Shown here in pieces: positions 63,504 through 64,000 of a DNA stretch of 64,000 bases. The first letter of the stretch is position 1, and each line of letters opens with the position of its first letter. The DNA comes from an uncultured Rivularia sp. Its GTDB lineage: Bacteria; Cyanobacteriota; Cyanobacteriia; Cyanobacteriales; Nostocaceae. The notes under the pieces are model-generated. The model made no database searches, was not told the DNA's origin, and saw nothing but the letters and a program-made list of their open reading frames with translations. Location: positions 2,208,001-2,272,000 of the forward strand of contig OY762007.1 of NCBI GenBank assembly GCA_963665115.1. Direction: 5' to 3'. The position numbers and the translations under genes are program-made.

Positions 63504-64000
63504 TTAAACCCAAAATTTTACCTCTACCGATTTATCCGGAAGTTGCCTTGGATCTTTTCCTGCTAAAATGCGATCGCGAATTGACTCGACAAAAATATGG
63601 ATGGTGTCAGCAGGGGTATTAGCAAATTGGGTTCCATACTTTTCGATTACTTGCCACTGAATCTTTAAAGCTTGAATATCTTGCTGGATAATATGCTGTG
63701 TAGTCCAATGTACGAGGGGCTTTGCCAGTTTAGTCCATATGCCATAGTTATAGGTTACATAGGTATAAACCAAAGTGGAATCTTCTGTTTCTGGAATGCA
63801 TTGGCTGGTGATGAAAAGTCTTCTGTTAGGGGATATATCGTATTCAACGCTGGTAACATTCGGCATATGAAAGCTATCGATATGGCGAATTTTATGATTT
63901 TTACGATTGAGAAATTTTGCAAACCAGCCTATATTATTGGTTTCGTTACGGTATTCTGCAAACACGCTACCGTTGCGTCTTTCTACAGTCATTTCTAGCT
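63504..64000 (-). CDS. C-terminal catalytic domain of a Rieske non-heme iron oxygenase (partial)
   Basis: H.D.F.MPN, ..PE.E..T..Y, IIQQD...L..Q, ...AD pattern (VanA-like). The Rieske motif would lie outside the window. Confidence 0.6.
   Translation of the reverse strand, partial: LEMTVERRNGSVFAEYRNETNNIGWFAKFLNRKNHKIRHIDSFHMPNVTSVEYDISPNRRLFITSQCIPETEDSTLVYTYVTYNYGIWTKLAKPLVHWTTQHIIQQDIQALKIQWQVIEKYGTQFANTPADTIHIFVESIRDRILAGKDPRQLPDKSVEVKFWV

Overview
AT-rich chromosomal DNA from a filamentous, probably heterocyst-forming (Nostocales-like) cyanobacterium, inferred from HIP1 GCGATCGC octamers, heptamer STRR arrays, pipX-pipY-sepF-proC and crtR. 1-21.4 kb: cell-surface polysaccharide locus with a YfhO-type GT-C, methyltransferase, GtrB-like and GtrA cassette, gmd, GT4s, wzt, a WbdD-like methyltransferase, GT2s and rfbC/D/A, interrupted by an inverted CAP-domain gene. 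21.5-51.2 kb: mostly housekeeping genes (pyk, crtR, aroH, sppA, mlaE-DUF3119-DUF3086-plsY, hemE, der, pabB/trpE-like, pipXY-sepF-proC, HelY-like helicase). Accessory genes here are an XRE-ClpN-Uma2 fusion with a readable autoregulated promoter and an rtcB preceded by a candidate structured RNA. 51.3-59.9 kb: island with an NB-ARC/WD40 STAND receptor divergent from a run of small uncharacterised genes. The best candidate for a new system lies here: a TPR protein whose C-terminus and the next small helical protein whose N-terminus share a Q/N-flanked GVAGNVEG(N/D)F motif, suggestive of amyloid-type homotypic signalling. 60-64 kb: orphan Rieske/desaturase/acyltransferase/GH3 enzyme cluster. Seven genes carry short-homopolymer frameshifts that look like sequencing errors. 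No tRNA, rRNA, transposase or CRISPR array was recognised. All family calls come from motif recognition by eye, not database searches.
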